From a virus (taxonomy: Duplodnaviria > Caudoviricetes), in IMG/VR virus record IMGVR_UViG_3300047440_000118, positions 1 through 62,483 of that record: a stretch of DNA of 62,483 nucleotides. One strand, 5' to 3'. The position numbers were made by a program, and so were the translations under genes. The notes beneath the pieces are model-generated. The model did no database searches and was not told the DNA's origin. It saw only the letters and a program-made list of their open reading frames with translations. Positions 1 to 8,854 of the stretch are shown here, piece after piece (the stretch's first letter is position 1; every line of letters begins with the position of its first letter).

Positions 1-1
1 C

Positions 2-343
2 ATAGACGGCCTCCGGCATTACGCGTTCAGCCCCGAGACCGCGTTTCAGCCGCATCCCGCGACCTGGCTCAATCAAGCGCGGTGGGAATACGAACCGGAC
101 ACGGCGCCCGTCACGACGCTGCATGAGCGGGGCGATAGTGGCGCCACCCGCAACGTCCGCGACTTCCAACTCGATTTATTGACACCGCTGGATGAGTTAT
201 TCCCGCATGGCGATGACCCCTTCCAAAACGGATCTGGCCCGCGCGCTCGCCTGGGTCACGCGCCTGGCGCTTTTGACCTCTGGGGGCAGGCAACCCCCAT
301 CGCAGGAACAGCTTGGCCTTTACGCGTTGACGCTGGCGACTGA
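2..343 (+). CDS. C-terminal part of a phage replication initiator/replisome organiser-like protein (partial; N-terminal part probably at window end)
   Basis: Frame from base 2 reads IDGLRHYAFSPETAFQPHPATWLNQARWEYE...; PHPATWLNxxRW is a typical C-terminal motif of this family; stop TGA at 341-343. Confidence 0.65.
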   Translation: MDGLRHYAFSPETAFQPHPATWLNQARWEYEPDTAPVTTLHERGDSGATRNVRDFQLDLLTPLDELFPHGDDPFQNGSGPRARLGHAPGAFDLWGQATPIAGTAWPLRVDAGD

Positions 344-863
344 GATGCCGGCGCACTGTCTGACCGATGCGAGTCTGAGCGTGATCGCCAACGGGTGCGA
401 ATATTTCCCGGCTTTCAGCGTGTTGAAGACGGGGCTTGAGGGTTGGATCGTCGAGCGCCAGGCCATCGCCGGAGCGCGAGGAATTGAGATGCCCGCCATC
501 GTTCTCGAACGCATCATGGATGGATGCAACGGCCAACCCGGGCCGAAACTCGCGGCATGGTTGAACGGCAAGGGCGTCTGGCCCGACGATCGCGGTGTGT
601 GGCCTGGCAGCGTCAGGGTGACCGCTGAGCGGGTTGAGGCGGTTCGGGACTGGTCTGACCCTGGCAAGATCGCGGCGGCTCTCAGGGGCCTGCGTGGGCA
701 CCCCAGGGAGGCGATGCTCACCGGGATGCTGCACGGTCTCGTGTCGCGGCACGCGCCGGGGAACCTGCACTTGTTCGATGCCGTGCGGTTGCCCGTTCCA
801 GTCGATTTCCCGTCGCCCGATGACGCGATCGTTATCGACGGCGGGCTTTTTGGGGAGGGATGA
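192..863 (+). CDS. putative helicase loader-like replication protein
   Basis: Follows the initiator; CEYFPAFSVL resembles the FPxxxEI motif of phage loader proteins; ends GGLFGEG. Confidence 0.4.
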   Translation: MSYSRMAMTPSKTDLARALAWVTRLALLTSGGRQPPSQEQLGLYALTLATEMPAHCLTDASLSVIANGCEYFPAFSVLKTGLEGWIVERQAIAGARGIEMPAIVLERIMDGCNGQPGPKLAAWLNGKGVWPDDRGVWPGSVRVTAERVEAVRDWSDPGKIAAALRGLRGHPREAMLTGMLHGLVSRHAPGNLHLFDAVRLPVPVDFPSPDDAIVIDGGLFGEG

Positions 864-864
864 C

Positions 865-1044
865 ATGGCCGCGCACCTGACGATGGTTTCACGTGACGGG
901 TTTTCGCTGACCGAGGCGCTGGACCTCGCCAAACGCATCGGCCGGGGTGAACTGATCCTCGTTGAGCCGATGGACGATGAGGAAGGCGATGTGACCGTTC
1001 GCGAGCGCGATACGATCGTCGCCGCGCTGCGGGCGTTCGCGTGA
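865..1044 (+). CDS. hypothetical protein
   Basis: GGAGG RBS before ATG 865; stop overlaps helicase start (GTGA). Confidence 0.5.
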   Translation: MAAHLTMVSRDGFSLTEALDLAKRIGRGELILVEPMDDEEGDVTVRERDTIVAALRAFA

Positions 1045-3035
1045 GCGACTACGCCGCGTTCCTGGCATCGAAGGCGCCGGCCGACGCGCCGAGCGGCCTG
1101 ACCATCGTGCCGCCCCTGTGTCCCGCCCTCAAGCCGTTCCAGGCGGCGATCACGGCATGGGCTTTGCGCCGAGGACGCGCGGCGATCTTCGCCGGGACCG
1201 GACTCGGAAAGACCCTGATGCAGTTGGAATGGGCGAACAACGTCACGGAACACACCGGCCTTCCCGTGCTGATCCTTTGCCCGTTGGCCGTCGCCGAGCA
1301 GACCGTCGCCGAGGCGGACAAGTGGGGCATCCCTGGCGTGGCCTACGCGGCGGACCAATCGCAAGCGGTGACGCCCATGGTCGTGACGAATTACGAACGC
1401 TTCGAGAAGTTCGACATCTCGCGGTTCGTCGGGATCGTGCTTGACGAGTCGGGCATCATCAAGAGCCACGACGGCGCGACCCGCAAGCTGTTGACCGAGG
1501 CGTGTCGCGATGTGCCGTGGCGGCTGTGCTGCACCGCGACGCCGAGTCCGAACGACTACACCGAGTTGGGTCAGCACTCCGAGTTCCTTGGTGTCATGGA
1601 CGCGAAGGAGATGCTCGCGATGTTCTTCGTCCATGACGGTTCGATCCGCGCGAACGACGCGACACAGGGCAACGACGGATGGCGGATGAAGCGACACGCG
1701 GCGGCTGACTTCTGGCGCTGGCTGGCGTCATGGAGCGTGATGGTTCGCCACCCGCGCGACCTTGGCTTTGACGAACCGGGTTATGACCTCCCGCCGCTCA
1801 ATCTGCATCAGGTCACGGTCGCGGCCGAATACAAACCCACGGCCGGCGAGTTGTTTCCGATGCTGGCATCGACGCTATCGCAACGGATTGGTGTGCGGCG
1901 GGACACGGCGGCTGATCGGATTTCCCATGCTGTAAATATAATTTGTAACCCGGACCACTTTCGTTCTAAATTGCCACCATGCTATCAGACGAAGCAAAGG
2001 AACGACGAAAGGCCGCCGCTCGCGAGCGATACGCCACGGACCCAACCCGCAAACAGGCGGTCAAAGACGCCGCTCTCAAAAGTAGACGAACCGACGCGGG
2101 TAAAACCTACATGCGAGCCTATTACGCCGCTCACAAGATCAATTGGAACAAGAGAACCCAAGAGCAAAGAGATTCTTACAACGCAAAACGCAGGGAAAAA
2201 TACGCCTCTGATCCAGAATTCAGAAAGAAACTCATCGAGCGGGCAAAATCTGTTCCCAGCGGCGCCCCTGAAGAAAAACGAAAACGGCGTCTCAAAGACA
2301 GTTTCGGACTATCAATTGAAGAACATGATTTCATGCTCACCAAACAGGGGTGGGGATGCGGAATCTGTGGGCGAGAACATAGCGATACCACAGGTAGAAG
2401 GTTGGCCGTCGATCACTGCCACCGAACCGGGAACGTCCGAGGTCTTCTCTGCGGTCGGTGCAATAGCGGACTCGGACAATTCGCCGATAGCGAAGAACTC
2501 CTCCGAAAAGCGATCGAATACCTTAATCGTCCACGATCCGGAATCATGGGTAGTTTGGTGCAACCTAAACAGCGAACAAGACGCCCTGGAAAAAAAGTTA
2601 GGTGATAAATGCCTATCGGTGTTTGGCTCGCTACCTTCTCATGAGAAGGTCCGGCGGATTGGCCGATGGATGAATGGGGATAGGCCGATTTTGCTTTCTA
2701 AACCGTCGATTTGCGGCCATGGGTTGAATCTACAAAGATGCCACCGTATGCTTTTCGTTGGTCTGACCGACAGCTTCGAGCAGGTCTATCAGGCCATCCG
2801 GCGCTGCTGGCGCTTCGGTCAGACCCGACCCGTCGAGGTGTATTTCGTCGCGTCCGAACTCGAAGGCAACGTCGTCGCCAACCTGAAACGCAAAGAGGCG
2901 GCGTTTGAGTTGATGCTTGATTCGATGTCAATTCACATGACGGACCTGATGCGCGAGAACGTGATCGGTGGCCGCAACGCGACGGTCATTCAATCGGCGA
3001 ACAAGAGGATGGAACTCCCCGCATGGATCAACTGA
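1041..3035 (+). CDS. SNF2/SF2-type DNA helicase with ~200-aa internal insertion
   Basis: Walker A GTGLGKT, Walker B VLDES, motif III TATP, C-terminal GHGLNLQ and QAIRRCWRFGQ; low-complexity insert between the RecA domains. Confidence 0.9.
   Translation: MSDYAAFLASKAPADAPSGLTIVPPLCPALKPFQAAITAWALRRGRAAIFAGTGLGKTLMQLEWANNVTEHTGLPVLILCPLAVAEQTVAEADKWGIPGVAYAADQSQAVTPMVVTNYERFEKFDISRFVGIVLDESGIIKSHDGATRKLLTEACRDVPWRLCCTATPSPNDYTELGQHSEFLGVMDAKEMLAMFFVHDGSIRANDATQGNDGWRMKRHAAADFWRWLASWSVMVRHPRDLGFDEPGYDLPPLNLHQVTVAAEYKPTAGELFPMLASTLSQRIGVRRDTAADRISHAVNIICNPDHFRSKLPPCYQTKQRNDERPPLASDTPRTQPANRRSKTPLSKVDEPTRVKPTCEPITPLTRSIGTREPKSKEILTTQNAGKNTPLIQNSERNSSSGQNLFPAAPLKKNENGVSKTVSDYQLKNMISCSPNRGGDAESVGENIAIPQVEGWPSITATEPGTSEVFSAVGAIADSDNSPIAKNSSEKRSNTLIVHDPESWVVWCNLNSEQDALEKKLGDKCLSVFGSLPSHEKVRRIGRWMNGDRPILLSKPSICGHGLNLQRCHRMLFVGLTDSFEQVYQAIRRCWRFGQTRPVEVYFVASELEGNVVANLKRKEAAFELMLDSMSIHMTDLMRENVIGGRNATVIQSANKRMELPAWIN
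1979..2605 (+). mobile_element. Endonuclease VII-family putative homing endonuclease encoded in an alternative frame inside the helicase gene
   Basis: CGICG...LAVDHCHRTGNVRGLLCGRCNSGLGQF...AIEYL is the EndoVII signature; basic helical N-terminus; region is AT-richer than its flanks. Confidence 0.9.
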
Positions 3036-4105
3036 CGAACTTAGGCGCGATGCCGCTCATCATGGATCAGGCGTCGGGCGATAACTTCCACATCTGGAAC
3101 GATGATTGCATCGCGGTGATGAAAGGCATCCCAAACGACTCCATTCATATGGCGATATGGTCGCCGCCGTTTTGCTCCCTCTACGTGTTCAGCGACGATC
3201 CGCGCGACGTGTCTAACAACCGGAATGACGCGGTGTTTTTCGATCACTATCGGTTCGTGTTGGCCGAGGTCTTCCGCATCATCAAGCCGGGGCGGCTTAT
3301 CTCGATCCATTGCATGAACCTGCCGACCTCGATCACACGGGACGGCTTCATTGGGATGCGTGATTTTCGCGGCGACAACATCCGGCTTTGTCAGGATGTG
3401 GGGTTCATCTACCACTCCGAGGTCGCTATCCGTAAAGATCCCGTGAGCGCGATGCAGCGCACGAAGGCCATCGGTCTATTGCACAAGCAGGTCGTGAAGG
3501 ACTCCGCGCTGAGCCGGATGGCCATCGCCGATTACATCGTGACGATGCGCAAACCCGGCGAGAACGATAAGCCGATCAGCGGCATCTTCGAGACCTATCA
3601 CGGCGACGACATGACGGACGCCGAACTGACCGCGTATGCCAACGCCAACTATCAGCCGGGCGGCAACCGCTCGCGCGAGGAAAACAAGTCGATCCACATT
3701 TGGCAGCGATATGCCGAGCCGATCTGGACGGACATAAACCAGTCCGACGTTCTCTCCCATCGCGTGGCGCGGGCGGAACACGATGAACGGCACATCAGTC
3801 CGCTCCAACTGACGCCCATTCGCCGCTGTCTGGACCTGTGGACCAATCCCGGAGACGTGGTGTTCTCGCCGTTCGCCGGCATCGGTTCGGTGGGCTACAT
3901 CGCGTTGGAGATGGGCCGGCGGTTCTGTGGCGCGGAGTTGAAGGCGTCTTACTTCCGTCAGGCCGCGTTCAATTTGCGGTTGGCCGAGCGGATGAAGAAC
4001 GACGGCACGCTATTCGATGCCGCTATGATGGCGGATCAATTCGATGAGGCTGACGAACCCGACGAACTTGAAATAGCCGAGGGAGGGCTGTTCGGTGGCG
4101 AGTAA
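3023..4105 (+). CDS. site-specific DNA methyltransferase (N4-C/N6-A family, beta order)
   Basis: Catalytic WSPPF motif N-terminal, SAM-binding FSPFAGIGS C-terminal. Confidence 0.9.
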   Translation: MDQLTNLGAMPLIMDQASGDNFHIWNDDCIAVMKGIPNDSIHMAIWSPPFCSLYVFSDDPRDVSNNRNDAVFFDHYRFVLAEVFRIIKPGRLISIHCMNLPTSITRDGFIGMRDFRGDNIRLCQDVGFIYHSEVAIRKDPVSAMQRTKAIGLLHKQVVKDSALSRMAIADYIVTMRKPGENDKPISGIFETYHGDDMTDAELTAYANANYQPGGNRSREENKSIHIWQRYAEPIWTDINQSDVLSHRVARAEHDERHISPLQLTPIRRCLDLWTNPGDVVFSPFAGIGSVGYIALEMGRRFCGAELKASYFRQAAFNLRLAERMKNDGTLFDAAMMADQFDEADEPDELEIAEGGLFGGE

Positions 4106-4433
4106 ACTGCATCCCGGCGAGTTCGACTGTTACGCCAAAGCCGAACCCGATGAGCCACTGTTCACGTTGCTCGCACGGGACCAGGACGCCGCGACCGTCG
4201 TCAAGCTATGGGCATTTCTGCGAAAACAGCAGATCGAACTCGGCATCCGTCCCGAGTCCGATCGCGCGCAGGTATCCGAGGCGATGCGTTGCGCGACCGA
4301 GATGGAGATATGGCACCGCGCGCATCGTGTCCGCCAGCAGGTCGCCGAGATCGAGTTTGATGATCGCGGCATTCCGACGACGGGCCAGCACGCACGCAAG
4401 GATCGAAACAGCACAAGCGGGGCGTTGGACTGA
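4095..4433 (+). CDS. conserved phage hypothetical protein
   Basis: FDCYAKAEPDEPLFTLLARD motif; translationally coupled to neighbours. Confidence 0.6.
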   Translation: MASKLHPGEFDCYAKAEPDEPLFTLLARDQDAATVVKLWAFLRKQQIELGIRPESDRAQVSEAMRCATEMEIWHRAHRVRQQVAEIEFDDRGIPTTGQHARKDRNSTSGALD

Positions 4434-4618
4434 TGAGCGAATGGCAACCGATCGAAACGGCGCCGATGGATGGTCGCACGGTCCTGGTTTGGGCATCGCC
4501 GTATGACGATTTGCCCGGTTTCCAGACGACCGCCAGGTATCACCCTGACGCGGGATGGTGTGTTGATGAACTGCGTAAGGCGACGCACTGGATGCCGCTA
4601 CCGGAACCGCCGCCGTGA
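4433..4618 (+). CDS. DUF551-like phage protein
   Basis: WQPIETAP...THWMPLPEPP. Confidence 0.8.
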   Translation: MSEWQPIETAPMDGRTVLVWASPYDDLPGFQTTARYHPDAGWCVDELRKATHWMPLPEPPP

Positions 4619-4965
4619 CCCGCCTGCTTGTTTGCGGCGGTCGCGATTACTCTGATTACTGGACCGTGCACGAGGTTCTCGACGGCTTCCACAAGGCCAC
4701 GCCGGTCACATGCCTGATCGAGGGCGGCGCGTTGGGTGCCGATCGGTTCGCCCGCGTTTGGGCGGAGCGCAACGGCGTTCCCGTTCAGACATTCAACGCG
4801 AATTGGGAACGATACGGCAAGCGCGCGGGACCAATGCGGAATTGGGACATGCTCATGGACGGCAAACCCGATCGCGTCATCGCATTCCCTGGAACGTCGG
4901 GGACCGCCAACATGGTCTATCAGGCCAACGTGGCCGGCGTGCCCGTGACGGAGATTATCGAATGA
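4615..4965 (+). CDS. DUF2493/YspA-like SLOG family protein
   Basis: LLVCGGRDY, IEGGALGAD, AGPMRN, VIAFPG motifs. Confidence 0.85.
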   Translation: MTRLLVCGGRDYSDYWTVHEVLDGFHKATPVTCLIEGGALGADRFARVWAERNGVPVQTFNANWERYGKRAGPMRNWDMLMDGKPDRVIAFPGTSGTANMVYQANVAGVPVTEIIE

Positions 4966-5162
4966 CCCGTGGCGACCGCGTGAAGCTGTCCCCGGTCGGC
5001 GCCGACCGCAACCCCGACCTCGCGGGGCAGATCGGCATCGTTGACCTCGTGGACGGCCCAGCGGTCGCTGTGGAGTTCCCGGACTGTGAACGCATGTGGT
5101 TCAAGATCGAATACGTCGAGCCGGAGGACGCGCCGCCGCCCGCGAGGGGGTTGTTCGGGTGA
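4962..5162 (+). CDS. hypothetical protein
   Basis: ATGA coupling to upstream gene; ends RGLFG. Confidence 0.5.
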   Translation: MTRGDRVKLSPVGADRNPDLAGQIGIVDLVDGPAVAVEFPDCERMWFKIEYVEPEDAPPPARGLFG

Positions 5163-5329
5163 GCGCGTTCCGTTGCGCTTTTTGCGGCAAGCCGGCGAAG
5201 CGGCGCATCGAGTGTGACACCCACGATGATTCTGTCGAAATGTTCCGTTGGTATTGCACAACCATGTGCCAGGCGAACCACGAGACGAACCAGATCAAGC
5301 CGCCGCCCGATAGGAGCCTGTTCGGATGA
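5159..5329 (+). CDS. small Cys-containing hypothetical protein
   Basis: GTGA-coupled; CAFC...YCTTMC; ends RSLFG. Confidence 0.5.
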   Translation: MSAFRCAFCGKPAKRRIECDTHDDSVEMFRWYCTTMCQANHETNQIKPPPDRSLFG

Positions 5330-5607
5330 CGGTGAACCTCGACGCCATCTTTGACCTACCGCTCCCCGGTCGCCTCAAGCTGATCCTGATCGACCTCGCG
5401 CGGTTGAGCGACGTGGATGGTTTCGTGCGCGTCAAGACCCGTGACATCGCGCACCACACCCAATGCAACCCCGATAACGTGGCGCACGGTCTCGTGACGA
5501 TGTGCGATCGAGGCTACCTTAAAGCGGACCCGTTCAACCGCAACGGCGTCGTCCGCTCGTGGCGCGTCGATGAGAGGTTCCGCTCGCGCGGGGGTGTCCT
5601 GGGATGA
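5326..5607 (+). CDS. winged-HTH-like protein
   Basis: KLILIDLA...IAHHTQC...LVTMCDRGYL resembles N-terminal wHTH domains of phage replication proteins. Confidence 0.5.
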   Translation: MTVNLDAIFDLPLPGRLKLILIDLARLSDVDGFVRVKTRDIAHHTQCNPDNVAHGLVTMCDRGYLKADPFNRNGVVRSWRVDERFRSRGGVLG

Positions 5608-5996
5608 CCGTCAAGGGCGCCGTCTGGTATGCCGATGGTCACGTCGCGCAGAGCCATCATCTGCCGTGGACAGCCTCCGAGGACGTGATCCTGGGGCGTG
5701 GCTTCATCGACCGCGACCTCGAAGGCAATGCGTTGCATCGCTGGTGTTCCGCGCACGGTCTGCACCGTTCGGCCGGCGCGATCGACCGGCGGCTGGTGGA
5801 GTTATCGTTCTTCGATTCGAAGGTGCCAGTGAAGCACTACCCGGTCGGGCGCGGCCAGGAACGCGGCACGATGGTCAACGGCGACTTCGCCAAACAGGCC
5901 AGGGCATCCGCCGCCGCCGAACTGCGCAATCAGATCCGGCTCGCGAAACTGGAGGCAGTCGCTGGCGTGCCGCCATTCAAGCCAAAGGACGTTTGA
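5604..5996 (+). CDS. hypothetical protein
   Basis: Coupled to both neighbours. Confidence 0.5.
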   Translation: MTVKGAVWYADGHVAQSHHLPWTASEDVILGRGFIDRDLEGNALHRWCSAHGLHRSAGAIDRRLVELSFFDSKVPVKHYPVGRGQERGTMVNGDFAKQARASAAAELRNQIRLAKLEAVAGVPPFKPKDV

Positions 5997-6691
5997 TGCT
6001 CAACCACTGGCAGACGCCCACGATCAATGACCGCATCACCGCGCTGCACGCGGCCGGCGTGTCCTATCGCCAGATGCCCGAGCGCATCTGGTCCGAGTTC
6101 CGCGTGCGCATCACGAAAGGTATGGCTCTGCGCCGCGCCCGCACGCTTGGCATCACGTCGAGCGAAACGACGACGCCACGGCGACCCGCGATCGAGACGA
6201 CCGAACCCGGCGATATCCCCGCCTGGCGCACGCCTGAAGCCGACGCGCTGTTGCGCGTGCATTGGCACGACGGTCGCAGCCAGGCATCCATCGCGCGGCT
6301 TTTCGGCGTAAGCGAAGACGCCATCGATCGGCGGCGCAAGGCGCTTGATTTGCAGCCGCGTCCGAAACCTGAACTCCCGCCCAAGCCAGAGAAGCCATTG
6401 CCCGTGATCGTGCTCGCGCCACCGCCGGTCATCGCCCCGCTACCGCCCGCCGTGGTGGCGCGTGAGCCTGACCCAGGGCCTTGCGACGAGGTGGACCCGT
6501 CAAGAGAGGCGACGGTAGAGTCCACGTCCGTCATGGCGCTCCCCAAGGCCAGGGAATGCGTGTTCCCGATGTGGGCCACGAATGAGCGACCGACGCACGT
6601 CTACTGCTGTGAGCGGGTCTCGGATGGCATCTACTGCGAGGCGCACGCGGGGGTTTGCTTCACACCCAATCCGATCAGGAGACACCGATGA
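5996..6691 (+). CDS. gcrA: GcrA-like regulator with two HTH units
   Basis: Two HTH-like segments, Pro-rich linker, C-terminal CVFPMW...YCC...YCEAH matching the GcrA C-terminal domain. Confidence 0.7.
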   Translation: MLNHWQTPTINDRITALHAAGVSYRQMPERIWSEFRVRITKGMALRRARTLGITSSETTTPRRPAIETTEPGDIPAWRTPEADALLRVHWHDGRSQASIARLFGVSEDAIDRRRKALDLQPRPKPELPPKPEKPLPVIVLAPPPVIAPLPPAVVAREPDPGPCDEVDPSREATVESTSVMALPKARECVFPMWATNERPTHVYCCERVSDGIYCEAHAGVCFTPNPIRRHR

Positions 6692-6843
6692 ACAACCCCT
6701 CCCGCTACCACCCCGACACTCGCCGCCCGGCCTGGTGGCGCCATCCGACCCGATGGGAACGACGTCAGAAAACGGCCCGCGACCTCGTGGCGTCAATCAT
6801 CATCGTGGCCGTGGGGTATCTCGTCGCGTTGGCGGGATGGTGA
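6688..6843 (+). CDS. small membrane protein
   Basis: AGGAGA RBS; C-terminal hydrophobic helix. Confidence 0.5.
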   Translation: MNNPSRYHPDTRRPAWWRHPTRWERRQKTARDLVASIIIVAVGYLVALAGW

Positions 6844-7019
6844 TGTGGTGAACAGCCAAACGCCCCGCCAGGGTTGACCGGGCGAGGCGTTGGTGTTTCT
6901 CTTGCGGGGTCGCGAGGGCGCTTCCAACGCCGTTCGCGGGACCAACGATGAAGCAGGCATGCGTTGATCTGGTGTCGAGGCGAATTATACGGGTCGCCCG
7001 GATAGAATCAACCCCTCAT

Positions 7020-7420
7020 CGTAAATCCCGCCCCGCGATCGGATACGCGCCGATCAAGCGTGTCCGCCGGGATTTCTGAGCGCGGCCCCCGGATCACCGG
7101 AACAGGCTCCGGCTACGCTTGTAAGGTCAGACGGAGCAAACGGGAGGTAGTAGCCCCGTGATCCGCGAGGCCAGGATCGGGCGCTGTGACAATACCACAA
7201 CCCGAAGGGATATCGTGTCGATCGCCTGGCGCGATTATCCTCCCGCTGCTTGTCGAAAGACGGAAGAACCGATTACGCGGTGACGAGCCGCACGGGTAAC
7301 AGAGCAACCCTACCCGAATATCGAGGCGATTGGCTCGGCTCCAAACCGGCGGCTCCGGGGAGTTCGTTTTCTGAGCACCTTCCTCTCGGATGGGGAAGGT
7401 GTGACCCTCACCACCCAGCC
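7020..7420 (+). ncRNA. candidate structured RNA upstream of HNH gene (strand assumed)
   Basis: Many complementary segments: aaatcccg/cgggattt, ggatacgc/gcgtgtcc, cgggagg/cctcccg, gccagg/cctggc, gtc-gaaa-gac, caccttcc/ggaaggtg; no convincing ORF. Confidence 0.5.
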
Positions 7421-7452
7421 CACCAAAGAGTTCTGGATTTCGAGGTAATTCG

Positions 7453-8061
7453 ATGAAGTATGCAACGAAGGTGAAGATGGCAGATAGGTTGCAACGGAGA
7501 ATCGCCAGTTACATGGAAGACGATTTGCTGGTTGGGGTGGCTGACAAGGTGATTGCGAACGAGCCGCTGTCGGCGACTGAGGTTCAGGTTGCGGTAAGCC
7601 ATTCAAAAGCTCTGAGGCGATTGGTGGAGTTCAAGAAGGGCAACACTCCGATGGTCATACGGCAAGCGGTCAGAGCGGTTGAGAAGAAAACTGGCTGTGA
7701 ACCCATGATGATCCCGACGAGAGCAAGCCGGGAACCGAAGAACTTCCGCGCAGACGGCCCCAATTTCTATCTTTCGCCCGCTTGGCGGGATTTAAGATAC
7801 AGGGCGATCGTTAAATCCCAAGGGAAGTGCGAGTGTTGCGGGCGATCTCGCACGGATGGCGTCGTTTTGCATGTTGATCACGTCAAACCGATCAGCAGAT
7901 TCCCGGCATTGAGGTTGACGCTGAGCAACCTTCAGGTGCTTTGCGCTGACTGCAACATGGGTAAGGGCGCGTGGGATCAAACTGATTGGCGCGACCGCGA
8001 AATCGACCCGCGATACGGCGAACTAACACTCGTGGCTAACAATGGGAGAAGTGTCCGCTAA
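7453..8061 (+). CDS. HNH endonuclease with N-terminal extension
   Basis: FYLSPAWRDLR, CECCG, LHVDHVKP, NLQVLCADCN; GAGG RBS. Confidence 0.9.
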   Translation: MKYATKVKMADRLQRRIASYMEDDLLVGVADKVIANEPLSATEVQVAVSHSKALRRLVEFKKGNTPMVIRQAVRAVEKKTGCEPMMIPTRASREPKNFRADGPNFYLSPAWRDLRYRAIVKSQGKCECCGRSRTDGVVLHVDHVKPISRFPALRLTLSNLQVLCADCNMGKGAWDQTDWRDREIDPRYGELTLVANNGRSVR

Positions 8062-8231
8062 TGCACGCACGCGAAAAACCGGATATCGAGATCGCGCCCT
8101 TCGACGATTGGGATCATGCCGCGATGCAGCCGCGCTCGCTCGACGTGATCCCTTTGTGTCTTCGGATGTGGTTCGACGAGCTGGAGTTCGCGGTCAGTCC
8201 GTCCGGGTCGGTAGATGGGGACTCCGAATGA
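8061..8231 (+). CDS. small acidic hypothetical protein
   Basis: TAATG and ATGA coupling on either side; MHAREKPDIEIAPFDDWD... Confidence 0.4.
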   Translation: MHAREKPDIEIAPFDDWDHAAMQPRSLDVIPLCLRMWFDELEFAVSPSGSVDGDSE

Positions 8232-8854
8232 AATGCTACGCATCTCGAACCGGAACGCGCCGCAACCTGGCGGCGCTTCGTGTGCGAGGGTGGGGATTGT
8301 TGGTTTCTCGCGCCGGAGAGTGGCGAACGGAAGGGTTTGATGACTACGTTTTGGACAATGGTGCATGGGCGGATTTTCAAGCCGGGCGTGAATTTGACGC
8401 GGACGGTTTCGAGCGTTTGATTGATAAACTTGGCGCCGGAGCCGCCTGGATCGTGTTGCCCGATATTGTCGCCGGCGGGTTGTCCTCCTTGGAGTTATCA
8501 CTTCGATGGTCGAACAGGTGCCTTTCGATCTGTCCGTTGGCGCTACTCGCGGTGCAGGATGGCATGACCGAAGACGATATATCGCCTTTCGTGGGCCGCA
8601 GCGTTGGAGTGTTCCTTGGCGGTTCTACCGAATGGAAGATTTCAACGATGGCAGCGTGGGGGGCGTTCTGCCGGCGGCGCGGAATTTACTATCACGTGGC
8701 CCGCGTGAATTCCGTGAAGCGTATGGCGATGGCCGTGGCGGCTGGGGCGGATAGTGTGGATGGATCGAGCGCCTCACGATACGCGGTGTCGACGCCGAAA
8801 CTGACCAACGCCTCGCGGCAGCTTGATATGTGGACGCCGGAGCGATTGGTATGA
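8228..8854 (+). CDS. DpdA/TGT-like 7-deazaguanine DNA transglycosylase candidate
   Basis: VLDNGAW, VLPDIV, AVQDG, FLGGS, HVARVNS, SVDGS resemble TGT-fold motifs; coupled to queE. Confidence 0.65.
   Translation: MKCYASRTGTRRNLAALRVRGWGLLVSRAGEWRTEGFDDYVLDNGAWADFQAGREFDADGFERLIDKLGAGAAWIVLPDIVAGGLSSLELSLRWSNRCLSICPLALLAVQDGMTEDDISPFVGRSVGVFLGGSTEWKISTMAAWGAFCRRRGIYYHVARVNSVKRMAMAVAAGADSVDGSSASRYAVSTPKLTNASRQLDMWTPERLV

Noticed and set aside
111-1697. Long antisense ORFs (also 22365-23297, 27392-28426, 34569-35498 and others)
   Set aside because: Shadow frames of real genes in GC-rich DNA; no motifs or RBS
1944-2540. Helicase insertion as an intein (starts with Cys, ends TLIVHD)
   Set aside because: The +1 residue is Pro rather than Cys/Ser/Thr, no intein block A/B/F pattern is visible, and the nuclease is in another frame
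5570-5995. N-terminal extensions given by the ORF track (also for ORFs listed from 8042, 18033, 21730, 33830, 34938, 39901)
   Set aside because: They overlap upstream genes; internal starts with RBS or stop-start coupling fit better
7285-7345. Group II intron 3' end (GAGCCG...CCCTACCCGA)
   Set aside because: No canonical domain V hairpin, no GTGCG 5' end, no RT gene and no interrupted gene
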